64,000 nucleotides of DNA, taken from Candidatus Fervidifonticultor sextus (GTDB lineage: Bacteria > Sysuimicrobiota > Sysuimicrobiia > Sysuimicrobiales > Humicultoraceae). Below the pieces are notes generated by a model. That model had not been told where the DNA came from, ran no database searches, and saw only the letters and a program-made list of their open reading frames with translations. Below are positions 1 through 8,784 of the stretch, piece by piece (position 1 is the stretch's first letter; each line of letters begins with the position of its first letter). The translations under genes and the position numbers were made by a program. Where the stretch lies: the NCBI GenBank assembly GCA_031459875.1, contig JAVKHQ010000010.1, positions 12,352 through 76,351 on the forward strand. Direction: 5' to 3'.

Positions 1-2
1 TC

Positions 3-1202
3 AAGGACGGCACCGTGCGGTTTGCCGACGGCGAGAGCTGGCTGGCACCGCCGGCGGATCCGCCGACCCGGCCGCTGGTGGTCATCGAGCGCACCACCTC
101 GTCGGGCCGGCGGTACCTGGACATCTTCCGCGCGGTCCCCGAGTACACCCTCGACCGCCAGACCTACGTGCGAATCGGCTTCCCCCTGGACGACGTCTAC
201 GCGCGCATCCGGCAGGAGTCGGTGCGGATCGGGGCGGCCAGCCTCCTGCTGCTGGCCACGGGAATCGTGGCGGCCTTCATCCTGCAGCGGGCCATCGTGG
301 GGCCGGTGGAGCGCATGGTGGACGCGATCCGCCACCTGGCCCGGGGCGACTACTCGGCCCGGGTCGCGGCCTACACGCACGACGAACTGCGGTTGCTGGC
401 CGAGGAGTTGAACGCCATGGCCGGGGCCATTCAGGCGCGCGACCGGGAACTCGCCCGGGTCAACGAGGCGCTGCGGAAGGCCAACCGGATCAAGGATGAG
501 TTCTCGGCCGCCATGAGCCATGAACTCAAGACCCCCCTGCACGCGATCCGCGCCTATGCGCAGCTCCTGCTGGAGGGCATCGACGGTCCCCTGACCGACG
601 CCCAGCGCCAGGACCTGGAGGCCCTGCTGGCCACCGGCGACCACCTGCTGCACCTCATCGAGGGCATCCTGCGCTACTCCGCGCTGGAGGCCGGCGAGAC
701 CGCCCCGCAGATCGACGAGGTGGATGCCGCCGTCGTCGTCGAGCAGGCCAGGAAGAACGTGGCGCATCTGGCGCGCTCCAAGGGCCTGCCCATCGAGGCG
801 CACGTGGAGGGCCCGCTCCCGGTGCGCGCCGATGAAACCATGCTGCGGCAGATCTTAATCAACCTGCTGCACAACGCCATCAAGTACACGCCCAGCGGGC
901 GGATCACCATCGAGTCCGCGGCGCGCGACGGGCAGGTGCTCTTCGCGGTGACCGATACCGGGGCCGGCGTCCCGCCGGGTTTCGAGCAGGAGATCTTCGA
1001 GCCCTTCCGGAGGGCGGGACAGGCCGGCCGGCGCGAGGTGGACGGCATCGGCCTGGGCCTGGCGGTGGCCAAGCGGTATGTGGAGCAGCAGGGCGGCCGC
1101 ATCTGGTTCGAGCGCCGGGAGGAAGGCGGCACGACCTTCTACTTCACCCTGCCGGCGGGCGGCCGCGTCCCGGCGGACCACGCCGCGGGGGAGCGCCCAT
1201 GA
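3..1202 (+). CDS. Sensor histidine kinase (HAMP-HisKA-HATPase), 5' end outside the window
   Basis: TM helix, HAMP, H-box SHELKTPL, N-box NLLHNAIKY, G-boxes DTGAG and GIGLGL; frame is open back to the window edge. Confidence 0.93.
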   Translation, partial: KDGTVRFADGESWLAPPADPPTRPLVVIERTTSSGRRYLDIFRAVPEYTLDRQTYVRIGFPLDDVYARIRQESVRIGAASLLLLATGIVAAFILQRAIVGPVERMVDAIRHLARGDYSARVAAYTHDELRLLAEELNAMAGAIQARDRELARVNEALRKANRIKDEFSAAMSHELKTPLHAIRAYAQLLLEGIDGPLTDAQRQDLEALLATGDHLLHLIEGILRYSALEAGETAPQIDEVDAAVVVEQARKNVAHLARSKGLPIEAHVEGPLPVRADETMLRQILINLLHNAIKYTPSGRITIESAARDGQVLFAVTDTGAGVPPGFEQEIFEPFRRAGQAGRREVDGIGLGLAVAKRYVEQQGGRIWFERREEGGTTFYFTLPAGGRVPADHAAGERP

Positions 1203-1885
1203 AGATCCTCGTCATCGAAGACGACACCCGGTCCCGCGACCTGCTGGCCCGGTATCTCGGCGCCAAGGGGCACGAGGTGGTCTCGGCCGACGACGGCCTC
1301 AAGGGCCTCGAGGTGGCCCGGAGGACCGATCCGGATCTGGTGCTCCTCGATGTCAACCTCCCCGGGCTCGACGGCTGGGGGGTCCTCCAGCGACTCCGGG
1401 CGCTCAGCCGGGTGCCGGTCATCATGGTCACCGTGCATGACACCACCCAGGAGAAGGTCACCGGGCTGGAACTGGGGGCCGACGACTACATCACCAAGCC
1501 GTTCGACTTCGCCGAACTCGAGGCGCGGATCGCGGCAGTGATGCGCCGCTACCAGACGGCCGCGCGATCCGTCGTCCGCACCGCGGAGGTCGTGATCGAC
1601 GACGAGCGCAAAGAGGTCACCGTGCGCGGCCGACCGGTGCAGCTGTCCCCCAAGGAGTTCGAGTTGCTGCGGCTGCTGGCGTCCCGGCCGGGGAAGGTGT
1701 TCTCGACGGAGGAGATCCTGGCCGCCGTCTGGCCGGACCGCGACGCGGCGGCCGCTGAGGACGTCAAGAAGTACGTGCACATGCTGCGGGGCAAGATCGA
1801 GCGCGATCCAACCGACCCCGCCATCATCGTGACCGCGCGGGGGTTCGGGTACCGGTTCGCCCTCCCGGTGCAGGACGCCCGGTAG
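1199..1885 (+). CDS. OmpR/PhoB-family response regulator
   Basis: Receiver domain (IEDD, LLDVNLP, GADDYITKPF) plus winged HTH (RGFGY); ATGA overlap with the kinase. Confidence 0.95.
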   Translation: MKILVIEDDTRSRDLLARYLGAKGHEVVSADDGLKGLEVARRTDPDLVLLDVNLPGLDGWGVLQRLRALSRVPVIMVTVHDTTQEKVTGLELGADDYITKPFDFAELEARIAAVMRRYQTAARSVVRTAEVVIDDERKEVTVRGRPVQLSPKEFELLRLLASRPGKVFSTEEILAAVWPDRDAAAAEDVKKYVHMLRGKIERDPTDPAIIVTARGFGYRFALPVQDAR

Positions 1886-1911
1886 TTGGGTATACTATCG
1901 ACGGCACCCGC

Positions 1912-2006
1912 GGAGGGGTGCGAGAGTGGCCGAATCGGCACGCCTGGAGAGCGTGTAGGCGGGCTAACACCCTGCCTCGTGGGTTCGAATCCCACCCCCT
2001 CCGCCA
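1912..2006 (+). tRNA. tRNA-Ser(GGA)
   Basis: Acceptor stem GGAGGGG/CCCCTCC, G discriminator, encoded CCA; anticodon arm CACGC-CTGGAGA-GCGTG; long variable arm; GTTCGAATC T-loop; TATACT -10-like box at 1891-1896. Confidence 0.97.
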
Positions 2007-2015
2007 TGGAACAGG

Positions 2016-2585
2016 ATGGTGAGGATGCGACTCCGAAGCTGGCTGGACCGACTGCCCCCCACCTGGGTGCGCGCAGGCCGCAACGTGTTGGATTTCGTCC
2101 GGACGCTCGTGATCGCCTTCCTGCTGGCGCAGCTGGTTATGGTCTCGGTCGCCCAGGCGTTCCAGGTGGAGCAGTACTCCATGGAACCGACCCTGCTGCC
2201 GCACGATCGGGTGCTGGTCAACAAGTTCATCTACCGGTTCCGCAGCCCGCAGCGCGGCGACATCATCGTGCTGCGCTACCCCCGCGACCCGGGCCGCAAC
2301 TACATCAAGCGCATCGTGGGGGTGCCGGGCGACCGCGTGCAGATCCAGAACGGTCACCTGCGCATCAACGGCGAGCCTGTGGAGGAAGTCTACACGAACG
2401 GCATGGCCACCGGGAACTACGGGCCGGAGGTCGTCCCGGCCGACTCCTTCTTCGTGCTGGGGGACAACCGGAACAACAGCGAGGACAGCCGGGCATTCGG
2501 CTTCCTCAAGCGGGATCTGGTAGTCGGGCAGGCCATGCTGATCTACTGGCCGCCGAACCGAATCGGGCTCCTGCGTTCCCACTGA
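2016..2585 (+). CDS. lepB: Signal peptidase I
   Basis: SMEPTL (catalytic Ser), YIKRIVG (catalytic Lys), GDNRNNSEDSR; one N-terminal TM helix. Confidence 0.96.
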   Translation: MVRMRLRSWLDRLPPTWVRAGRNVLDFVRTLVIAFLLAQLVMVSVAQAFQVEQYSMEPTLLPHDRVLVNKFIYRFRSPQRGDIIVLRYPRDPGRNYIKRIVGVPGDRVQIQNGHLRINGEPVEEVYTNGMATGNYGPEVVPADSFFVLGDNRNNSEDSRAFGFLKRDLVVGQAMLIYWPPNRIGLLRSH

Positions 2586-2629
2586 AAGGCGGGGAGTCGA
2601 AAGGCCGACGCCGCCTCAGACCTGGCCGC

Positions 2630-3033
2630 CTATTCCTCGAGGCCTCAGACATCCCGAAGCCCTCCACCAGGCGGTCGCCGGTCAGCCGCGGGCCGGCCAG
2701 CATCTCCCTCAAGGGGATCACCCCCGGCTCGCGGGGGATCACTCGCCTGCCTTCTCCGCCCAGTTCCTTGATCGCCATGCGGTCGCCCGGGCGCAGGCCG
2801 CGGCGGACCGGCGAGGCGGCAAAGCGGTCGGAGAGCTCGCCGAGCTGTGAATACGTGATGCGCCGGTCGAAGTTGGGGCCGGCCTGGATAAGGGCAATGG
2901 TCTTGGGTTATCGGCTGGCGCTGTGATCGAGGAATCCGTAGACGGCATGCGTGGGGAACTCCAGTGGGCGCGGGACCCCAGGCTCGTAGAACCGGAACCA
3001 GGGCCGGTCTCCCTGGACCTCGGGGATTGCCAC
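2630..3033 (-). pseudogene. Collapsed long-chain fatty-acid-CoA ligase (FadD-like) remnant
   Basis: RBS AGGAGG then GTG at 3033; reads RPWFRFYEPGVPRPLEFP...SASR*PKTIALI...ITYSQLGELSDRFAA...GLRPGDRMAI, then jumps to LVEGFGMSEAS (YGxTE-like motif); in-frame TAA at 2908-2910. Confidence 0.8.
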
Positions 3034-3177
3034 GGCGCACCTCCTGCCGGCAGGTTACGCCCGCCTTCTGCGATGCGGCAGGGAAGTCCAGCCGGTTCCT
3101 GCCGATGGGTTCCCGGACCATCACGCACGGATCAAGACGGCTCGCGGCGATGGCGCAGGCCATGCTATGATGCCCCT

Positions 3178-3448
3178 GGCCGTGCTAGGCGGGGAGCTAG
3201 CGGTTCCCTGTAACCCGCAATCCGCTACAGCGGGGCTGAACTCCCGCCCAGAGGCGCCATTCCGTGGGGCCAGGCCCGCGTGCGCAGCGAGGAGGGCCGG
3301 GTCCTGTGCAACGGGACCTGACCAACCCCGCCAGGCCCGGAAGGGAGCAACGGTACGTCAGACCTCCCGTGTGCCGCAGGGGCACCTGGTCGGAGCCGGC
3401 GGCGCGGAAACCGCCCGGGGGGTGTGTGTCGAAGGTGGGTGCACGGCC
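3178..3448 (+). ncRNA. ffs: Large (Alu-domain, Bacillus scRNA-type) SRP RNA
   Basis: 5' GCCGTGCTAGGCGGGGAG pairs with 3' GTGCACGGCC; helix 8 core CAGGCCCGGAAGGGAGCA; extended -10 TGCTATGAT just upstream. Confidence 0.95.
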
Positions 3449-3494
3449 GATCCCGCAGGCCCCGACGCCGTGCGCCACGAGGCGACCCGTCGGT

Positions 3495-3523
3495 TTGCCA
3501 TATAGCCATGCTATCGGTATTCT
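3495..3523 (+). promoter_or_regulatory. Sigma70-type promoter with palindromic operator for the decayed antitoxin
   Basis: TTGCCA-N17-TATTCT; ATAGC-CAT-GCTAT inverted repeat in the spacer. Confidence 0.55.
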
Positions 3524-3530
3524 TTTCCAC

Positions 3531-3761
3531 AAGCAGACGACCCTCAACATCGATGCGACCGTCATGGCCCAACTCAAACGCGAAGCCGCCCGTCAGGGAC
3601 GCACGATGTCCGAGCTCGTCAAAACCGCTCTGCGCCTGCTGTTTCGCTTTTAGCAGAGGAAGCGGGAGGACCTCCCTCCTCTGCCCACGTACCACAGCGG
3701 CGGTGCGCTGGTCGATGTCGCGCATTGGGATGTCCTCTACCGGGCCTTGGAAGGTCGGTAG
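3531..3761 (+). pseudogene. RHH/CopG-type (VapB-like) antitoxin pseudogene
   Basis: TTLNIDATVMAQLKREAARQGRTMSELV...LFRF*QRKREDLPPLPTYHSGGALVDVA; no start codon, internal TAG at 3651-3653; the overlapping GTG-VVVE downstream looks like a deleted toxin start. Confidence 0.75.
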
Positions 3762-3986
3762 TGGTCGTTGTCGAGGTTGCCGAACCGCGATGGCGGTGCC
3801 AGTACATGCAGGATGCTCCCGCCGGGGGCCAGCGGCCGCGACACCTGCCGACGCCCAACCCCAGCGAATGGCGCGCCGTCCTTCTCGCGCGTGGGCGAGC
3901 GCTCCACCGAGGCCGGCATGTCGCCCGCGTTGGAGCGTCGTTCCACGTTACCGCCGTGAGGTGACCACTCCCGGGATGCGCGGGGC

Positions 3987-4931
3987 CTACGTCGGCGGCG
4001 GAGCTGCGACGCGCCCGGCGCGCAGGTGGTGGGGGAGCAGCGCCGCGTAGACCGCCTCGCAGGCCGGTGTGGGCACAGCCGCCTCGCGCCCGTAGCGCAC
4101 CACGGTGCCGTGCAGCGCTTCGACCTCCAGCCGCTTCCCGTGAATCAGGTCGTAGTGCAGCGACGAGGTCACGTGCGGTTCGACCCGCTGCGCGAGCGTC
4201 AGGTGGGTCTCGACGACATCGCGGCCCAGCCCCACCCCGCGCGCCCCTCCGACGGCCACGACCTCTTCCAGGATCTGCCTGAACATCTCCCAGGACGGCG
4301 GGCAGGCGCGGATCTCACCGATGGGCAGGCGGGTCAGCGCCGTCATCCCGGCCAGGGCGCAGATGAACGCGAACTTCACCCACTTCTCGCGGACCACGTC
4401 GTCGGTCGCGGTCGCCAGGATGCCGGCGTCGTTCATCAGGCGCTCCCAGTGCCGCACGCGGTCGGAGAGCCCTCCACGCCACTCCCCGAAGGTCAGCGTC
4501 CGGGGGCCCCCGGTCTGCTGGACGAGGCCGGGCTCCTTGATCGTGGACAGCATGTAGACAACCCCACCCAGCACCCGCTCGGGGCCGAAGAGGCGGGCCA
4601 GGTACTCTTCGTTGTCCACGCCGTTCTGCAGTGAGAGGACCGCCGTCTCCGGCCCCACGGCGGGGCGCAGCGCTTCTGCGGCTGCAGCCGTGTCGAAGGA
4701 CTTGACCGTGAAGAGGACGAGGTCGGGCGCAGGAGCCCGGGGTGGCGCCTCGGCGGCCTCTGCCGGGGCGAAGAACTCGCCGTGGACGGTCTGCAAGCGG
4801 AGCCCACCCTGCCGGCGCAGGGCGTCCAGGTGGGCCCCCCGCGCCACGAAGGTGACGCGGTGCCCGGATCGGGCCAGCAGACCGCCGAAGTACCCGCCCA
4901 GTCCCCCGGCCCCCACAACCGTGATGTTCAC
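3987..4931 (-). CDS. panE: 2-dehydropantoate 2-reductase (ApbA/PanE family)
   Basis: GAGGLG Rossmann motif, VKSFD, LQNGV, KWVKF, SSLHYD, LEVEAL. Confidence 0.9.
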   Translation of the reverse strand: MNITVVGAGGLGGYFGGLLARSGHRVTFVARGAHLDALRRQGGLRLQTVHGEFFAPAEAAEAPPRAPAPDLVLFTVKSFDTAAAAEALRPAVGPETAVLSLQNGVDNEEYLARLFGPERVLGGVVYMLSTIKEPGLVQQTGGPRTLTFGEWRGGLSDRVRHWERLMNDAGILATATDDVVREKWVKFAFICALAGMTALTRLPIGEIRACPPSWEMFRQILEEVVAVGGARGVGLGRDVVETHLTLAQRVEPHVTSSLHYDLIHGKRLEVEALHGTVVRYGREAAVPTPACEAVYAALLPHHLRAGRVAAPPPT

Positions 4932-4939
4932 CGAGGCCT

Positions 4940-5371
4940 CTATCGTTCCAGAGGATGCTGCCTGCGGAGCCCGGCGAACCGCGCGAAGCCTTTGTCGCTC
5001 GTGTACAGGGTGGCGCCGTGTTCAATGGCCAGGGCCGCCAGGTGCGCGTCCATCACCTCGGCTCCTCTGAGATGGTGCTCGAGGAGCAGGGCGCTGAGGA
5101 TGGCCCAGTGGCGCTCGCCGGGCTCGAGCACCGACACCGTCGGGCGCGCCAGCCACTCACCGACGATGGAGCAGGCCTCGGCGATGGAGAACGGCGCCTG
5201 AAAGATCCGGGGATTCGTCACGATCCTCAGAAACGCCAGGATCGTCGCCCACGACAGGCGCACGGGTTGGGGACTCGCAAGCAGACCCTCGAACCAGCCC
5301 CGGGCCCGATCATGCTCGGGGATCCCCCGGACATAGGCGTAGAGGAGGAGGTTCGCGTCTATCAGGATCAA
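4940..5371 (-). CDS. vapC: PIN-domain toxin
   Basis: ILIDANLLLYA, DAHLAALAIEHG, TSDKGFARF. Confidence 0.93.
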   Translation of the reverse strand: MILIDANLLLYAYVRGIPEHDRARGWFEGLLASPQPVRLSWATILAFLRIVTNPRIFQAPFSIAEACSIVGEWLARPTVSVLEPGERHWAILSALLLEHHLRGAEVMDAHLAALAIEHGATLYTSDKGFARFAGLRRQHPLER

Positions 5372-5613
5372 CGATGCCAGGGGTCCTCGACCTGCTCGAT
5401 GAGCTCGCTGATGCGATCCAGGCTCACCCCGGGGCGCAGCCCCAACTCGCGGGCCCGGACCTTGAACGGCGGAAGGGGGGGCGGTGTCCGACGCGCGCTC
5501 AGGGCCGTCCGGAGGAGATCGTTCACCACCTCCTTGAATGACCGGCCAGATCGCCGGACCTCCGCCTTAAGCCCGGCGGCAACGTCGTCATCGAGGGTCA
5601 GCGTCGTGCGCAC
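5368..5613 (-). CDS. vapB: RHH antitoxin, probably leaderless GTG start
   Basis: RTTLTLDDDV...RSFKEVVNDLLR; overlaps vapC by 4 nt. Confidence 0.88.
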   Translation of the reverse strand: MRTTLTLDDDVAAGLKAEVRRSGRSFKEVVNDLLRTALSARRTPPPLPPFKVRARELGLRPGVSLDRISELIEQVEDPWHR

Positions 5614-5619
5614 ATCACG

Positions 5620-5648
5620 ATGATAGTGTTTGGTCATCATGATGTCAA
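5620..5648 (-). promoter_or_regulatory. vapBC promoter and operator
   Basis: TTGACA-N17-TATCAT, 6 nt before the GTG; palindrome CATCATGATG overlaps the -35 and spacer. Confidence 0.75.
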
Positions 5649-5683
5649 CGCAGCCTGGCGCCGAGATGACCTCTTCCGTGAAG

Positions 5684-6868
5684 TCACTCCAGCCGCTTCT
5701 GGAAGCGGACCACGCTGACCGCAAAGAACGCCAGGCCCAACGCGGCGAGGGGGACGACCTGGTGGTAGAGCATCGCCAGACCGATCCCCTTGAGGATGAT
5801 GCCGCGGACGATAATCAGGAAGTAGGTCAGGGGCAGCGCGTAGCCGATCCACTGGATGACCGCCGGCATCCCCTCGCGCGGGAACATGAAACCCGACAAC
5901 AGGATGGTGGGGAGGAAGGCAAAGAACGACGCCTGCATCGCCTGCCGCTGGGTCCGTGACACGGTGGAGATCAACACCCCCTGACCGAGCGACGCCAGGT
6001 AGAAGAAGAGGGCGAGCAGGTAGAGCAAGGCCAGACTGCCGTGGATCGGCACCCTGAACCAGAAGGCGGCGATCACCAGCGCCAGGGTGATGTCGGCGTA
6101 TCCCAGGAGCACGTAGGGCAGGATCTTCCCCAGCATCAACTCGCCCTTGCGGATCGGCGTGGCCACCAGCAGTTCCAGGGTCCCCAGCTCGCGCTCCCGC
6201 ACGATGGCCAGGGCCGTCAGCATCATGGTGAGCATCTGCAGCACGACGGCCAGCAGGCCCGGGACCATGAAGTTCACGCTGCGCAGGTCGGGGTTGTACC
6301 AGGCGCGGGTGCGCACCTCCAGCGGGGGGCCGATCCCCCCGGCGGCGCCGGGGAGCCGTCGGGCCACGATCTCCAGCGAGGTGAGCTGGCCGATGGCCTC
6401 GGCGGTCGAGAGGGCGCCGCTGGCAATAAGGGGATCAGAGGCGTCCACGAGGACCTGCACCTGGGCCGGGCGCCCGGCCTGGAGACGGCGGGCGAGGTCG
6501 ACCGGCAGCACGATCGCCACCCGGGCATCCCCCCGGTCGATGGCCCGCTGCACCTGCTCCAGGTCGGCCGCGTAGGCGCGCACATCGAAGCGGCGCGAGT
6601 TTGCGAAGCGCTGGATGAGCTGGCGGCTCTCGCGGCTGCGCGACAGGTCCAGGACAACGGTGGGCAGGTGTTCCACGTCGGTGGTGATGGCGTAGCCGAA
6701 GAGCACGAGCTGGACCACGGGCATCACCAGCGCCATGGCCAGGGTCCGGCGGTCGCGGACCAGTTGGATGAACTCCTTGACGATGATGGCCGTGAGGCGG
6801 CGGGCCGCCGGCAGGGCGGCCGCCCGGCGGGGGGTGAGCGCAGTTGCCGTCCCGGGCCGGTCAGGCAT
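5684..6868 (-). CDS. ABC-2 type exporter permease (YbhS/R-like)
   Basis: KEFIQLVRDRRT, WYNPDL, RERELGTLE, LSGFMFP; ATG at 6868 overlaps the ATPase stop. Confidence 0.9.
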   Translation of the reverse strand: MPDRPGTATALTPRRAAALPAARRLTAIIVKEFIQLVRDRRTLAMALVMPVVQLVLFGYAITTDVEHLPTVVLDLSRSRESRQLIQRFANSRRFDVRAYAADLEQVQRAIDRGDARVAIVLPVDLARRLQAGRPAQVQVLVDASDPLIASGALSTAEAIGQLTSLEIVARRLPGAAGGIGPPLEVRTRAWYNPDLRSVNFMVPGLLAVVLQMLTMMLTALAIVRERELGTLELLVATPIRKGELMLGKILPYVLLGYADITLALVIAAFWFRVPIHGSLALLYLLALFFYLASLGQGVLISTVSRTQRQAMQASFFAFLPTILLSGFMFPREGMPAVIQWIGYALPLTYFLIIVRGIILKGIGLAMLYHQVVPLAALGLAFFAVSVVRFQKRLE

Positions 6869-7862
6869 GGAGGGCACCTGCCTGCGCGCTGTCGGCCCGC
6901 CCGTCGCCAAATGCACCGTGCAGCCCCACCGCGGTGTCCGGTTCCACCAGGGAGACGAAGACGTCTTCCAGCGACGGTGGCCGGGGCTCGATTCGGCGAA
7001 CCCGGATGCCCCGTCCGCGCAGGAACGCCTCGACGGCCGGGGCGGCCTGGGCCGGCGCGTCGACCACCGCGTGGATGGCGACGCCACGAAGCGCCGCGTC
7101 GCGTACCATGGGCGCCTCGCGCAGGGCGGTCATCGCATCCATCCAGGGCTCGGCTATGATCTCCAGCACGCCCCCGCGCATCGCGGAGGCCTTGATCTCC
7201 GACGGCGTGCCCCGGGCGATGATCCGCCCGGCGTGGATAAAGGCGAGCATCCCGCAGTGCTCGGCCTCGTCCATGTAGTGGGTGGTGACCAGGACGGTGG
7301 TGCCCTCGTCGGCGAAGCGGTAAATCAGTTCCCAGAACTCGCGGCGCTGCGCCGGATCGGTTCCCGAGGTCGGTTCGTCCAGGAGCAGCAGTTGGGGCCC
7401 GTGCAGCACCGCGCAGCCCAGGGCCAGGCGCTGCCGCCACCCGCCCGACAGCGTGCCGATGAGGTCGCGGGCGCGTCCCTCCAGCCCGGCCCGCTCCAGC
7501 CAGGCCCGGACGGCCTGCCGGCGTTCGCCGGCCCCCAGGCCGTAGACGCGGCCGTAGAAGTGCAGCAACTCCTCCGCGGTCAGGTCGTTGTAGAGGCTGG
7601 AACGCTGGTTCATGTACCCGATGCGCGCCTTGACCGCCTCGGGATGGCGGACCACGTCGTACCCGAGGACGCGCGCCGAACCTTCACTGGGCAGCAACAG
7701 GCCGCACAGCATGCGGATGGTGGTGGTCTTCCCGGAGCCGTTGGGGCCGAGGAACCCGAAGATCTCCCCGCGGGCGATGGACAGATCCACGTGGTCCACC
7801 GCGACGAAGTCGTCGAAGCGCTTCGTCAGACCCCGCGCCTCGATGGCCATCTCAGGAGGCAT
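6861..7862 (-). CDS. ABC transporter ATP-binding protein
   Basis: GPNGSGKT, LSGG, LLLDEPT, THYMDEAE. Confidence 0.93.
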   Translation of the reverse strand: MPPEMAIEARGLTKRFDDFVAVDHVDLSIARGEIFGFLGPNGSGKTTTIRMLCGLLLPSEGSARVLGYDVVRHPEAVKARIGYMNQRSSLYNDLTAEELLHFYGRVYGLGAGERRQAVRAWLERAGLEGRARDLIGTLSGGWRQRLALGCAVLHGPQLLLLDEPTSGTDPAQRREFWELIYRFADEGTTVLVTTHYMDEAEHCGMLAFIHAGRIIARGTPSEIKASAMRGGVLEIIAEPWMDAMTALREAPMVRDAALRGVAIHAVVDAPAQAAPAVEAFLRGRGIRVRRIEPRPPSLEDVFVSLVEPDTAVGLHGAFGDGRADSAQAGALHA

Positions 7863-8784
7863 CGGGACCCTGGCGTCCCAGCAGCGATACGAAGACATCC
7901 TCCAGGGACGCCTCGATGGGGCGGATCGCTTCCACCGTCACCCCTGCCCGCCCGAGCGCAGCACCCACCGCCGGCGCGGCAGCCAGATCGCGGACGACGA
8001 GGTGCAGGCTGGCGCCGAAGACCGTCCCGCCCAGCACCTCGGGCAGCGCCCGTGCAGCGGCCAGGGCGGGCCAGCGTGGAGTGGCGAGCACCTCCAGCAC
8101 GACGCCGCGCATGCGGCCGCGGGTCGCGTCGGGGGTATCCACCGAGAGGATGCGGCCCTGATGCATCAGGGCCACCCGGGAGCAGCGCTCGGCCTCGTCC
8201 ATGTACGGGGTGGCCACGAGCACGGTCATGCCCTGCCGGTTGAGGTGGTAGAGGATCTGCCAGAACTCCCGCCTGGAGAGAGGATCGACGCCGGTGGTGG
8301 GCTCGTCCAGGATGATGACCTCGGGTTCGTGGATCAACGTCGCCGCCAGGGCCAGCTTCTGCTTCATCCCGCCCGACAGGTGGTCGGCCAGGCGGTGGCG
8401 GAACGGCCCCATGCGGCCAAACGCCAGCAGCCGCTCGATCCGCGCGGCCATCGCCTGTCTCGGGACGGCGTAGATCTCGGCCACGAACCGCAGGTTCTCG
8501 AGTACCGTGAGATCAGTGTAGAGCGAGAATCCCTGCGGCATGTAACCGATCCGCGCCTTGATGGCATCGGGGTGGGTCAGCACGTCGAGGCCGGCGATGC
8601 GGGCGCAGCCGCCGGTGGGTTCCAGGACGCCGGCCAGCATGCGGAACAGCGTGGTCTTCCCGGCGCCGTCGGGGCCGACGACACCGAAGATCTCGCCGGC
8701 CTCGACGGTCAGCGAGACGCGATCGACGGCCAGGCGATCGCCGAACCGCCGGGTGAGGTCGGTCGCGAGGATCATCGGCGCCAT
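7852..8784 (-). CDS. ABC transporter ATP-binding protein
   Basis: GPDGAGKT, LSGGMKQKL, ILDEPT; start trimmed to the ATG at 8784. Confidence 0.92.
   Translation of the reverse strand: MAPMILATDLTRRFGDRLAVDRVSLTVEAGEIFGVVGPDGAGKTTLFRMLAGVLEPTGGCARIAGLDVLTHPDAIKARIGYMPQGFSLYTDLTVLENLRFVAEIYAVPRQAMAARIERLLAFGRMGPFRHRLADHLSGGMKQKLALAATLIHEPEVIILDEPTTGVDPLSRREFWQILYHLNRQGMTVLVATPYMDEAERCSRVALMHQGRILSVDTPDATRGRMRGVVLEVLATPRWPALAAARALPEVLGGTVFGASLHLVVRDLAAAPAVGAALGRAGVTVEAIRPIEASLEDVFVSLLGRQGPDAS

Noticed and set aside
1549-2007. 152-aa minus-strand ORF starting MAEGVGFEPT
   Set aside because: Antisense translation of the tRNA and response regulator
2586-2617. Hairpin AGGCGG...CCGCCT after lepB as an intrinsic terminator
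   Set aside because: Imperfect stem and no convincing U-tract
1912-3500. Integrated element at tRNA-Ser or the SRP RNA
   Set aside because: No integrase and no duplicated 3' end (att site) seen in the window
3167-3505. ORFs overlapping 3178-3448
   Set aside because: The region is explained by the SRP RNA
3651-3653. In-frame TAG as pyrrolysine or recoding
   Set aside because: The same gene has lost its start and its toxin, and TAG ends many normal genes here; decay is simpler
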